This document shows, piece after piece, positions 33,629 through 45,488 of a stretch of DNA of 64,000 nt. The notes below the pieces were generated by a model, which was given only the letters and a program-made list of their open reading frames with translations, did not search any database and was not told where the DNA came from. Source of the stretch: a virus (taxonomy: Duplodnaviria; Caudoviricetes); the IMG/VR virus record IMGVR_UViG_3300001598_001791, positions 14,432 to 78,431 of that record. One strand, 5' to 3'. Both the position numbers and the translations under genes were made by a program. The stretch's first letter is position 1; each line of letters opens with the position of its first letter.

Positions 33629-34674
33629 TGCCAATTAAGTTAAAAATAGAAGATATTTTAAGAATTAGATTAAAAGATAAACAAATTTGGAGAGTATATA
33701 ACAAAGATCAACTTATCTGAGGATATTATCTAGTTAATTATAACTTTGCTGAGGGAATTAACGACCCAGATAATCCTAAAGATTATGTTTGAGGTATTAA
33801 AGATATTACTTTATTACCAGCTGAATGAGAAGAAGCTGATGACTTTATGGGTTGATATGATAGTATAACTCTTGAACGAGTTATTGATAAAATAAGCAAA
33901 GATGATCACCTTGATTTTAACTTATATGCAAAGTGAGTTAAACATAAGTTGCAATACAGAGGATGGTATACTTGGACAGAGCCATTTACTCCAACTTGGA
34001 CTATTAGAACAGCCAGGCCTACAGTAACCAGACCAGATGTGTTCCCTTATACAAATGATATTTATTGGGGGTGGAGTCCACATACTTGTGCCTGGTATTG
34101 TTATGGTAGAACTGCCGAAGCAGCAGTCAATAGTGGTATAAGTAGTGAATCCAATGCGTTTTTTGCACCAAATGGAAACCCACCATGGGATGGTAAGTCG
34201 GGTGGTCACTATGGAGATGCCAAAGACTGGATTAACAGTGTATATGCAGTAACAGACTCTACAGTTGGTGTTCAACCTGGAAATGTTGTTATTTGTACCT
34301 ATACTGGAGAAACATCTGGATATAAACCAGGTCACGTTTTATTTATTGAAAGAGTTGAGTCAACTAGAATAACTACAACTTGTACTGCATATGGTTTCCC
34401 CTATTACTGAGATCCTGGTGCCTTGAATATGGGTCAAAATTTATATAATATTCCAGGTGATAGTGGTTACTTTACTGTTATTGGTTATATAGATAATCCT
34501 CAAATGGGAGGCACTGTTATCAAAGAAGCTGAACAAACTGAATGGAGTGATAACCCAAACCCACCCAAGGGAAGTTGAAAAGAAGGTTACCCTGAAACAA
34601 GAGGACTTGAAAGTGTGTATGATTATGAAAGTGAATCATGGGGAGAATGGAGGGAGATAAATGAGATCAATTAA
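33628..34674 (+). CDS. Baseplate protein with B-type repeat and CHAP (Cys/His amidase) domain (348 aa, code 4)
   Basis: 7 TGA; TCAWYCYGR, GDAKDW, PGNVV, GHVLFIE (catalytic Cys and His present). Confidence 0.7.
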
Positions 34675-35032
34675 ATTTCCAGATATGTTTAGTCGTACTA
34701 AAACAAATTTAGTAACTGACTATGACGCAACATTACAAAATTTAAAAATGTTATTATGGTCAGAAAAAGGAGAACTGTTTGGAGACCCTTATTATGGAAC
34801 AGGTCTTAAAAAATATCTATTCGACCAAAATGATTACGTATTACAAGATATCTTAATTGATAATATCTACACGGCAATATGTTTATTTATACCTCAAATA
34901 AAGATTGAGAGAAAAGATATAACCTTGGTAAAAGAAGAAAATGGTAAATTAACTATTACTATAAAAGCGATAAATAGAGCTGACTTCACTACAAACCTAT
35001 ACTCAATAGTTTTACTTGAAGCTGAAGTTTAA
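34661..35032 (+). CDS. Baseplate wedge protein (gp25-like)
   Basis: GELFGDPYYGTGLKKYLFD motif. Confidence 0.75.
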   Translation: MRSIKFPDMFSRTKTNLVTDYDATLQNLKMLLWSEKGELFGDPYYGTGLKKYLFDQNDYVLQDILIDNIYTAICLFIPQIKIERKDITLVKEENGKLTITIKAINRADFTTNLYSIVLLEAEV

Positions 35033-35068
35033 TCTATATATTATACAAATGAAAGGAAATTTGTAAAA

Positions 35069-38000
35069 ATGAAAGATCCTAATATCTCAGCAATGAGTTA
35101 TACCTCAAAAGACTTTGGTCAAATTTATAAAGAGGCGCTTGATCTGGCTAAAGAATTAACAAACAGATGAGATCCTTCACAATCAAATGAAAGTGACCCT
35201 GGAGTTGTTCTTTTAAAAGAAGGTGCTTTTTTAACAGACCACAATAACTATAATATTGATAAAAATGTTTTAGAAAACTTTTTACCTAGTGCTACACAAG
35301 ATAGATCTGTCCGTAATATTATGGAGATGAATGGCTATACACCAAGATATTATGTATCAGCTATGGGTAAAGTATCATTCAAATGGGAAAATCCAAATGC
35401 CACAAAAGGTGATTACTCAGGGACTAGCTTTACTATACCTAGATTTACCTTAGTAGTATCTGACGCTGATGGAACTGTTTCATATACTCAAGCTGATGAT
35501 CTAGCTATCTCGATAGATTATGAAAACCCATCTTCTGCCTCATTAGTATCATCATGTAACTTCATTGAAGGTACTTTACAAACATTAACGATAAATAACT
35601 CTGATACTGTTTTCTTGGAAAATATCGACGACAACAATAGAGTTTATTTACCTGAAACAATGGTTGCCCAAAATGGTGTTTATATCAGATACTCAAATGA
35701 TTCTGAGCATAAAGAATATGGATTCTGGGAAAGAAATAATTATTTATCTACACAACCAGCCGGTTCTAGATTATATAAAATTGATTATGACTCATTTAAA
35801 GGATTACCTTATATTGAATTCCCTTCAGATATTTCTAACATTATTTTAAGTGGGTTATTAGTTCAATACATTTCAACATCAGGTGAAGCCGGTAATGTTA
35901 GTGCTAACACTTTAGTTAATATTGTTACACCGACAGAATTTTATGATAGAGACGGATATTCTAGGTCAACTGAGTACTTAACTTTAAATAACGTTTCAGC
36001 AATTACTAATGGCAAAGACCCTGAAACAATTGAAGAGATGTACCAATCGTTTAAAAAAGTTGTTGGTACTTTCGATACTTTAGTTTCATGTAATGATTAT
36101 AAAAATAAAATTAATTTATTGGATGATGGTGTCAATTATCTTGTATCAAATAACTATGTTACGGATAGAAGAACTGATTACAATAAATCAGCTAATGTAG
36201 TTACTTTTGATAGTAAAGGTGTTTATCAGGCTAATTTAAGTATTAAACCATGTTCACTAAGACTTAAAGGATCAGCTGATGAGTGTACTTCCATAGGTGA
36301 TATGTACTATGATTCTGTCTCTAAAAAATTAAAAGTTAAAATTGGAGTCACTGAAGATAATTTTGAAAGTTGCGATACAATTAATTTAAATGACTTCTCT
36401 TTATTGACAGAGGCAATGACTCCATATGATTTAGTTGTTTACGCTTTAAAGAATTTTTCTCTTTCAGATTATAATAGATCATATCCTTATAGGGCTTTAC
36501 AAAATTCTTTTACTCCTATTTCATCTTCAGTTAGAAATGATTTAGAGAATTTAAATTATGGATATCTAAGTGATAGTAAATGTATTTGCCATACATTTAA
36601 CGATCCTAAATCAGGTGAAGTTTACTGTTTTAAAAATTATGTACCATTAAATGTTACTATTATACCATATAACAAAATTACTGCTGATGAAAAGTCTAAT
36701 ATTATAAATAATATTTATATTGCTTTGTCAGAAAACTTTAACCCTAGAAATATTGAATTCGGTGAAGATTTAGATATTACAGCTGCAAAAGAAGTTATTC
36801 TAAATAGTGATAGCAGAATTAAAGATTGTAATATTGATTATAAATATGAAACCTATGCTATGAACAGTATTTCTGGTAGTGATGGTATTTATGAAGAGAA
36901 AAAACTAAATGGTACTCTCACCGGATCTTCATCAGTATTACTACTTGATTTAGTTACTAAAAATATTTTAGCTGGTAGAGTCTGTTTATTTGAATTTGAT
37001 GAAGACTTTACTTATGACTATGAGCAATCTGATTGTAAATTTATCGATAATGCTACATCATTTAAAACAGCACTCCCATTACCACTTAAACAGTCAGCCG
37101 TAAAAAGTGTAACAACTGCGAAAACAACTACAACAACTTCAGTCATTGATGGTTCTTCTAGTGGTTATACAATTTACTATAATTTTAATGCACCTAACTT
37201 AGATTCACCTGAAAGTAGAGTAAATGTAACAAAGGGAACTTCATATACACTACAAACAGATGAAGATGGAGTATATGTTGACTCCTTTAGACTAGAAATT
37301 ATTCAAGGCACTGGCACTGAAAGTAAAGTTATTAGTGATGTTACCTATAAAGCTTCACTTGACACTACATATAGTTTCAGTTTAGATGATGCAAATATCA
37401 TTAACACTGCTGATGATACATTAACTTCGATAACTGGTAAATTAACTATTGTTACTATTAGGGTTGATGCATCAGATGATGAAGGAACAGAGAACCTTAA
37501 TTATACTTTAGATAAGAATGAATATATTCAAATCCTTTATCCAAATTACTACTCAACTGATACATATGGAATCTATGTTAATTATAGATATCAATCAACT
37601 GATCCAGACAGTATAATCAGAGCTAACACTGAACATACATTGAGATCTGATGAAAAACTAGTATTAGTTTATACAAATAATGGTGTTACTGTAACTGATG
37701 TACCTGTTACTGGTACTATCATTAGATCAAGTTTTGATATCAATCAAACTGATAAATTATCGGCAACAGGAACCAAAAAGAGTTGAACTGATTTAGATGG
37801 TACTTACCATGATAATGAAAAATTCATGTCATTGTCATCAAATCAAACTATTTCAAAACGTTCTCAATTTAGTACTATTCTAAATGGTACTAATATTAAC
37901 TGTTATTGGATGGTTAATAATTCAACAAATACTCTATTCTCAAATAAAGGACTGAGTGAAGAAAGAGTTTTAGGCAATAATGAATATTTCATTTATACCA

Positions 38001-39376
38001 ATTCAACTAAAGATGAGATGATGATTCTAGGTTCTGGGACTAAACTTTTGAAGTCTAGTAATGATAAAAATAATTGGATAATTGATAAAGATACTACTCA
38101 AACTATTGAGTCTATTACTACAAACGGAATTACATCTTCAATTCCGTGGTCAGTTATGGACTTCTCACAAGCACCATTTGAGATAGTTGAAATGAATTTT
38201 ATTACATTATCAGAAGGTGATTCTATTAAGATTAGCGGATGAGAAGGATTAAAATCAGGTGATAAGATTAATAACTCATGGGTATATTGTAATGGTACAA
38301 TAGCCTATACGTCAGGTGGAACTACTACAATTTTACCAAAAGTTTCAAATTTTTATAAAATTAGAAGTAGACTTGATTTAGTTTGTGGCCCAACAACTCC
38401 ACAAGAAATAATCTATCGAGGAACTGACGGAATAAACCAAGAAGTACATATTAACAGTACTGCCTTATCCGGGTATAAAATCCAGTCATCTATTCAATTA
38501 AATTTATTAGGTGATGAAAATATTGATGTTTCTGTATATACTCAAAATGGGATATCAATTAACATCTTAGGATATAAGACAGAAGAAAAAATGACAGCAG
38601 TATTAACTCCTGATGGATTAGACCCTATAAATCTAACTCCAGGTAGATCTGTTAATATTGATTATAATAAGTCATATCCAAATAGAAAACAAACTTATAC
38701 ATACACATACCCGTTCTATTATTTCAATTCAGCTGAACATGTTCGTGAATATCTTGTACCTGTTTATATTGAAGGTGATGAAATTAACCTCAACGCTAAG
38801 ATGCAGAAAAAGTCTGGAGAAGATAGTTGGGAAGATATTTATTTCATTGATTATAATGTTGATACTTCTTCAGTGCTTTCAAAAACTCTCACTGGAAATA
38901 ACATGTATTTCTTATCACCGTCTACATCAGGAGGAACAACCCCTCTAGTTTATACAGGTGAATTAAGATTAGTTCTAACATGGGAATTCCCGGAATCATT
39001 TACTGGAATGAAAAACTTACAAACTTTAATAGTTGATGATTTAACAGTTATTAAGGGTATTAATAATAAATTATCTATTGATATTACTAATATAAATAAA
39101 ACCAATATACTTTCAAGAATAAATGGTATTATTAGTGGATCTGATAAACCAAGTACAAAGTTCTATTACTCATATAGACCAGATTCATCAATGGAAATTA
39201 ATTTAGATAAATATTTGAGTTATACTATTAACAACAATCAGATAGTTTATGAAATGAAGGCCTTTGATAATCCATTAATTATGTGAGATACAAATAACGT
39301 TGCCAATAAAATGACTATTGCTCAATTAGATTTGGCCAATTCTAGAATTGATACAGATAGTAACATGGTGGTTTAA
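35069..39376 (+). CDS. Large baseplate wedge protein (gp6/J-like, 1435 aa, code 4)
   Basis: YTSKDF...W(TGA)DP...SDPG; GEAGN; GKDPETIEEM; four track ORFs joined in frame by 4 TGA. Confidence 0.75.
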
Positions 39377-39377
39377 T

Positions 39378-40022
39378 ATGATTGATGTTGTAAAAAATAC
39401 TCCAAGTGAGTACAGTAAACAATCAAGAGATTTCCAGGTGATTGCAAGATTATATACAGCAATGTTCAATTACACAAAGATGTATATTGATAATATGTCA
39501 GTGTGGAATACTAATATTGACGATAATCTTGCTTCACTTAGAGCAACTACGTTAAACCTAATTACTGAGCACCAATGAGATCTTTCTGATCTAGAGGCAA
39601 TTACTTCTTGTTTTAAGTACTTAATTATCAGAAAGGGAACTATCGAGGCAATTAAGGCACTTATTTGTATTTTAATGAAGGTTCAACATTTAGAAGGAAC
39701 TGTTGATGACACTACGGTAACCTTTGAAAATAATAATCTAACAATTAGAATTGAAGATGCTCTAGTTACGGTTGGCATTATTGAAGACCTATTTAAATAT
39801 CTATTACCGGCAGGATTAACCTACAGAATTGTTAGATATAAATCAGTTAATATTAATGATTTACTAAATACCAACATTTATTACAATGATGAAAAAGTTA
39901 AATATAGTGATCTAAGTAGAGGTGATTATTTATATGTTGGAAATAATAACTCAAGTGACAGAATAATTACTAGAACATACGTATATAATAATAGATGAGA
40001 CCCTAGTTTGAAGGAGGAATAA
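39378..40022 (+). CDS. Baseplate protein (tail protein I-like, 214 aa, code 4)
   Basis: IRKGTIEAIK motif; 2 TGA. Confidence 0.55.
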
Positions 40023-40024
40023 TT

Positions 40025-40558
40025 TTGCCAAAAAAGAAAAAACAAATAACTTTATATAATGAAGTTAAAGAGGTTAAAGTTAAAGAAAACAATAATATAG
40101 CCGGTAATGTTAAAATAACTGTGGTTCAGGGTGGAAGAAAGATAAGATCTTTCACCCGCCACAATGAGGCAACACAGGCTTTGTGTGAATACATTAGAGA
40201 TGCTCTTTTAGGTGATTATGTTATAGCCAAACGACCTGGAATAATTATCCCTTGTAGAAAAGTTGATGGTGTTTTAACTGAAATTTTCTCTGCCGGTATA
40301 CCAGATGAAGGAGTCTTGGGAAGAACCAGCCCATCAACAGGATCAACTGATATCTGAGCAGGTGGTACTCTAAAATTTATCATACCTGAAACATCTTTAA
40401 CATCTGGTATGTCCATAAATGGATTTAACCTTTACAGCAGAGGGTATGATAGAAAATTATTTGCTACTCTAGACTTAGGCGACTCTTCTATTATTGTAAG
40501 TGGAAACATAAGTCTAGAAATAGAATGAACAATGAAAGTTAGCCCAACAGTAGGCTAA
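40025..40558 (+). CDS. Hypothetical tail protein (177 aa, code 4)
   Basis: 2 TGA; ends IEW(TGA)TMKVSPTVG. Confidence 0.55.
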
Positions 40559-40577
40559 GGAGAGGAAAAAATATTTT

Positions 40578-41375
40578 ATGAGTTATATATCATCTTCAAA
40601 CGTTAGTGTGTTTCCTTCAACATATAGAAACCAATACCAGACAAGCAAGCTAACAAGTGAAAATAATTTTGTAAATATAATTAATGCCATTATCAATAGA
40701 CCTAACGGTAGCTATGTAGTATCACATGAAAATAATGTATTACGATTAGTTATTCATGGTTATTATTTCGAAGTAACCAATTGGACAAAATCTCCAAATT
40801 TAGTTGCATCAATTAAAGTTGAAAATAACGGTTTCAGTTTGGTTAGACATGATAATTTATCAATTGATAATTTAGATCAAAATTCAATTTTTTATGGCTT
40901 AGATATTTCAGAGGGTAATCCTGTTAATGGCTCTGATGAAAATTATACAACTTATTCATTACAAATAACAGACTCATCTAATAATATTATTAACCAAGAA
41001 AGACTTACTACAGATGTTATCGAATGAGGTAAGTCAGGAAAAACGTTATCTACAAGATTAGATGAGCTTCAAGAGCAATTAGTTGTGGGAGATAATTCAG
41101 GTCTTACTTTATCATCTGACAAGAAAACGCTTGCTCTCAATCTTAAATATAAAAATAGCCTAGATAACTTAGGTAACAAAGGTGGTTCTGGTAATAAATT
41201 AATCTACTTCGATAACGATGGCGTTGTCAAAGATTCAACTTCTACAATAGGAACAGATCATCAAATTGTTTATGTGAATAATGGAACATTAACAGCAGGA
41301 GCTAAAATAACTATTAGTAATTCTAATCCATCTGGTGGAAATAACGGTGACATCTGGCTTAAATATGGAGGCTAG
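40578..41375 (+). CDS. Tail fibre-associated protein (265 aa, code 4)
   Basis: Track ORFs 40578 and 41085 joined by TGA; ends PSGGNNGDIWLKY. Confidence 0.55.
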
Positions 41376-41380
41376 ATAGT

Positions 41381-43192
41381 ATGTCAATAAATGTTGTTAT
41401 ACATACATACGATACAGAATTATCAAGAAGTGGTAATGTTACTGGGTATCATTATGACTCTAGTGGAACTTCAATTAAAACAATCAATATTCCATCAGGA
41501 ACTATTAAAAAAACATATCAATGTAATTATGGAGATGTTTTATATTCATTAAAATATTCTCATGTGGGTTATACTATAGACCATTGATATGGAGAAATAT
41601 CAACAGGATCTTCAGCTAGATCCACAGTATATTTACCAACAGAAGGTATAGTAAATATTGATATAACCTCTGATATGAAGGCTCTAGAGCTATGGCCAGA
41701 AGTTAATGCTAATACCTATACAGTAACTGCATCTGCTAGTGGAAGCGGTGGTTCTGTAAAACCTACTTCAACAACAGTAGAGTACAAAAAAACTGCTACA
41801 TTTACAGCTAATGTAGATTCTGGATATGTAGTTGATTGTTGGTATTTTAATAATGCTCCTAAAACTTCGGCCGGAACTAGCTCAACGTATACTACTCCAG
41901 AAATAACAGAAAATAGTACTGTTAAAGTTGTATTTGCGAAAACCCAATTGAAGTATTATTTTTATGATAACGGCCAAGAAGTAAAATCAGGTGATGGATA
42001 CCTGGGTGAAACGATTAACTTTTCTAAGTATAAAATATCTAAAGATAATACTGTAACACAGAGAACTGGGTATAAGATGTCTTTTTATGATTATCAAGGT
42101 GGAAGTAAAATTGGTGAGTCTGACATATCTGGTGGACAAATTATAACATCATATACTTTGTCAGGTTGAAATAACGGGTTTGGTAATTTTTTTGAGGCAG
42201 ATGGAATTGAAACTATAAAACCACTATCAGGAAATCGAGAATTCTATGCACAATGAACAGAGTCTTCTACATCTACTAATAACAAATTACAATCAATACT
42301 AGATTCACCTTCTAGATTAGGGTATACTTTTAATTTCTGGAAGTGAAATGGTGAACAGCTATCAAAAGGACAAGAGATTACCGAAGATGGTAATCAAAAT
42401 GCTTATGGTGATTGGACTCCACGTATATATAATGTATCATTTGCACTTGGATCTTCTGATACAACAATTGGAAAGTTACCAGAACCAACTTGAGGAACTG
42501 GATCAAAACCGTCTACTCAAACAAAAACATTCGGTACTGCTATAGGGAAACCTGAAGTTATACCTGAAAGATTTGGTTATACTTTTGTTGGTTGGCATAT
42601 TGATAAAAATGTATCACCAACAGATTCTAGTATAATTACTGGTACTACTATTGATGATAGATTCTTTACCTCAAATTCAACTACTACTGTAACATTATAT
42701 ACTATTTGGAAACCAAAAGAATTAACAGGTAGAAAAAATTATTACTATAACGGTGTCTCTTATACTGAAGACTTCTCCTACACTATTGAAAGTGTTAATT
42801 CTAGAGGTGAAAGAATTTATGATGTAGGATTGCCGGATAAGGGATCTACCGACGGTGAGTGGGTTTTTGCTGGATGAGTAAAAGATAAACCTTCTAGTTG
42901 AACAGATAAAAAGGGAAGATATAGAAATCTTATCGAAGTAGGAAGTGAGCCTAAATTACCTTATGAAATTAAGGTAATCACTATCACTGACTGGGACAGT
43001 AAAGACACAGAACAATTTTATGGCATCTGGTCTTCAAGTGGTAAATATGTTAAAATAAATGGTGAATGAGTTCAAGTTCCGGTAGCATATGTAAACGTTA
43101 ATGGTGAATGGAAATTAATGTATGATTCAGATGGTTGTTCATTCTATGTTAATGTTAATGGAAACTGAAAACCTGAAGCAGGTGGAAATTAA
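41381..43192 (+). CDS. Tail fibre / receptor-binding protein with several B-type repeats (603 aa, code 4)
   Basis: 9 TGA; PSRLGYTFNFW, PERFGYTFVGW, TLYTIW; C-terminal VxxNGEW repeats. Confidence 0.65.
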
Positions 43193-43216
43193 GAGAGGAT
43201 TAATCCTCTCTTTTTA
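43190..43216 (+). terminator. Intrinsic terminator ending the structural operon
   Basis: AGAGAGGA-ttaa-TCCTCTCT + T run. Confidence 0.8.
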
Positions 43217-43338
43217 ATAGTTTACTTTTTATAAAAAAGTGATGCAAGATATAAGGTATGCTTTAGCTTAGCCTTGTGAATTGCATCTATTTTGTAAAAA
43301 TTAAAATTTTTGTAAAAATCTAATGCTAAATTTAATAT

Positions 43339-43506
43339 ATGGAAAAATACAAAGCAACAGACAGAATTGTGGCGTCAATAAAGCCAGACAACCCTCTAAT
43401 GAAACAACTAATTAGGTATTTAGAGGAAAATGACTACTCTATGACAAGTGTAGTTAAAAAAGCTTTGAAGATGTACCTTGACAGTGAGGAGAATAAACAA
43501 AAATAA
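43339..43506 (+). CDS. Small ORF inside the IS, possibly ribbon-helix-helix (55 aa)
   Basis: MEKYKATDRIVASIK...SMTSVVKKALKMYL; below track length cutoff. Confidence 0.4.
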   Translation: MEKYKATDRIVASIKPDNPLMKQLIRYLEENDYSMTSVVKKALKMYLDSEENKQK

Positions 43507-44008
43507 TTTTAAGTCAAGAAATCATTCAAAGTTTCTATTGCAATTTCATGTGATTTTAGTTTGTAAATACAGATTAAAATTATTGGATAGTAATGTTTCA
43601 ATCGAAATAAAAAAATTATCTGATGAAATTGTGCAAAAGCATGGTTGTTCTATTAAGTATGTTGAGTCTGATTTAGATCATATTCACTACTTAATAGAAA
43701 CATTGCCAACAACAAATCTTTCAAATCTAGTAAGAGTACTTAAACAATACACTACATATCACATTTGAAAAAGATTTGATTTTTCAAACTATTTATGAAA
43801 AGAACATACTTTTTGAACTGATGGCTATTTTATTAGCTCAATAGGTAATGTGTCAGAAATGACAATAAGAGAGTATATAGAAAACCAAGGGAGAAATCAT
43901 GGTCAAAAAACAAAGCATACAAATTTAAACTTGAACCAACTAAAGATCAAGCTATTTTGATCAATAAAACTTTTGGTTGTGTTCGCTTTATTTACAATAA
44001 AATGCTAG
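43478..44008 (+). CDS. tnpA: IS200-type Y1 (HUH) transposase
   Basis: FHVILVCKYR, DHIHYL (HUH), LW(TGA)KEHTFW(TGA)TDGYF, YIENQ; in code 4 it reads on to TAG 44006-44008, giving a ~36-aa atypical extension. Confidence 0.85.
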
Positions 44009-45028
44009 CTGACAAAAAAAGAAGCTTGAGAAAAAGATAAAATAAATTTAAAAGTTTCTCCAGCACAATATAAAGAAGAATTTGAATGGCTGTCTGAAGT
44101 AGATAGTCATGCACTTGGTAATGCTCAATTAGATTTGAATGCCGCATATTCTAATTTTTTCAGAGGACTCAAAAAGAAACAAAATATTGGATTCCCCAAA
44201 TTTAAGTCAAAGAAATTTTCGAAAAGAAGTTATACAACTAATATAGCGAATAAAGACTCAACATCAATAAGGCTTGAAGATGATCATTTCTTAGTTCTTC
44301 CTAAGCTAGGTAGAGTAAGATTTAGAAAATCTAGGGATGTTGTTGGTAAAATAAAATCAGCTACAATTTTTCAAAATGCAGTTGGAAAATACTTTGTAAG
44401 TATCTTAGTCGAATACGAATGAGAAAAACCAAATTATCAAATAAACTTAGAAAATTCAATTGGTCTAGATTATTCATCTCCTGATTTCTATGTAGATAAC
44501 TTTGGAAACTCTCCTGAAAAGATTAAATTCTTTAGAGAGTATGAAGATCAGTTAGCTAAAGAACAAAGAAAATTAGCAAACATGAAATTAAACTCAAACA
44601 ATTATCAAAAGCAAAGAAAGAAAGTTGCAAAAGTATATGAGAAGATAGCCAATTCTCGTTTAGATTTTTGTCATAAACTTTCTACACAACTTGCTAACCA
44701 ATATGATATTGTTTGTGTTGAAGATATAAATTTAAGAGCTATGTCTCAATGTCTTACTTTAGGCAAAGCAACTATGGACAATGTGTTTGGAATGTTTAGA
44801 TCTTTTCTACAGTACAAACTAGAAGATAGAGGTAAAGAATTTGTAAAGATAGACAAATGGACTCCAACATCTACGGTATGTTCAGTTTGTGGAACGTATC
44901 ATAAAGATATAGTCTCTAATCTCTCTGTTAGAGAATGGACATGTCCAGATTGTGGGACTATCCACAACAGAGATATCAACGCTGCTGAAAATATTAGATT
45001 AGCTGGAATTAGTTTACTCACAACATAA
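43899..45028 (+). pseudogene. tnpB: TnpB RNA-guided nuclease with two +1 frameshifts near the 5' end
   Basis: KAYKFKLEPT...FGCVRFIYN; RuvC motifs GLDY, VEDINL, RDINAA; zinc finger CSVC/CPDC; one extra A in each of the A runs at ~43905-43910 and 44014-44020. Confidence 0.75.
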
Positions 45029-45140
45029 GTTGTGTTAAAATAATTATACAGGGTAGGGACTACCCGGTGAGCCTGTTGATACTGTGCCAGTTATGGCACT
45101 TGAGCAGGAATGGTCTTAGCTTTAGCTGAGACCTAGTTCA
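45029..45140 (+). ncRNA. Probable TnpB omega-RNA scaffold / IS right end
   Basis: GGGTAGGGACTACCCGG...GCCTGT...GCAGGAA...GGTCTTAGC-TTTA-GCTGAGACC-TAGTTCA, as at IS605 right ends. Confidence 0.6.
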
Positions 45141-45161
45141 AATATAGTAAAGGAGATCTTT

Positions 45162-45488
45162 ATGAATATAGAAAAGAAAATTCCATTAATTGTTTGCCCT
45201 GTTTGCGGACAAACCTATGTTCCATCTGAAGTATTTATCCCTGAATCATTTTTTGGAGATCAAAAAGAAGTTATTAAAGATAACCAAGGAAAAGTTGAAT
45301 TCTACACTGGGGATGACATGGATCTTGAAGAAGAATATATTTGTGATGGATGCGGTACTAAATTGAAGATAATTGCAGATTTAAGTTTTGATGTTATACC
45401 TGAAGATAAATTTGATGATGAATATACTGTTGAAATAAATAAACCTGCTAAATTAAAACTAAGAGAAACCGACTTATTTAATGATTAA
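45162..45488 (+). CDS. Hypothetical zinc-binding protein
   Basis: CPVCG...CDGCG. Confidence 0.6.
   Translation: MNIEKKIPLIVCPVCGQTYVPSEVFIPESFFGDQKEVIKDNQGKVEFYTGDDMDLEEEYICDGCGTKLKIIADLSFDVIPEDKFDDEYTVEINKPAKLKLRETDLFND

Larger units (their letters stand above)
43244..45140 (+). mobile_element. IS200/IS605-family insertion sequence (tnpA + tnpB)
   Basis: Y1 transposase and TnpB; related subterminal GCTTTAGCT hairpins at both ends; right end TAGTTCA; removal restores a promoter-like flank. Ends are inferred. Confidence 0.8.
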
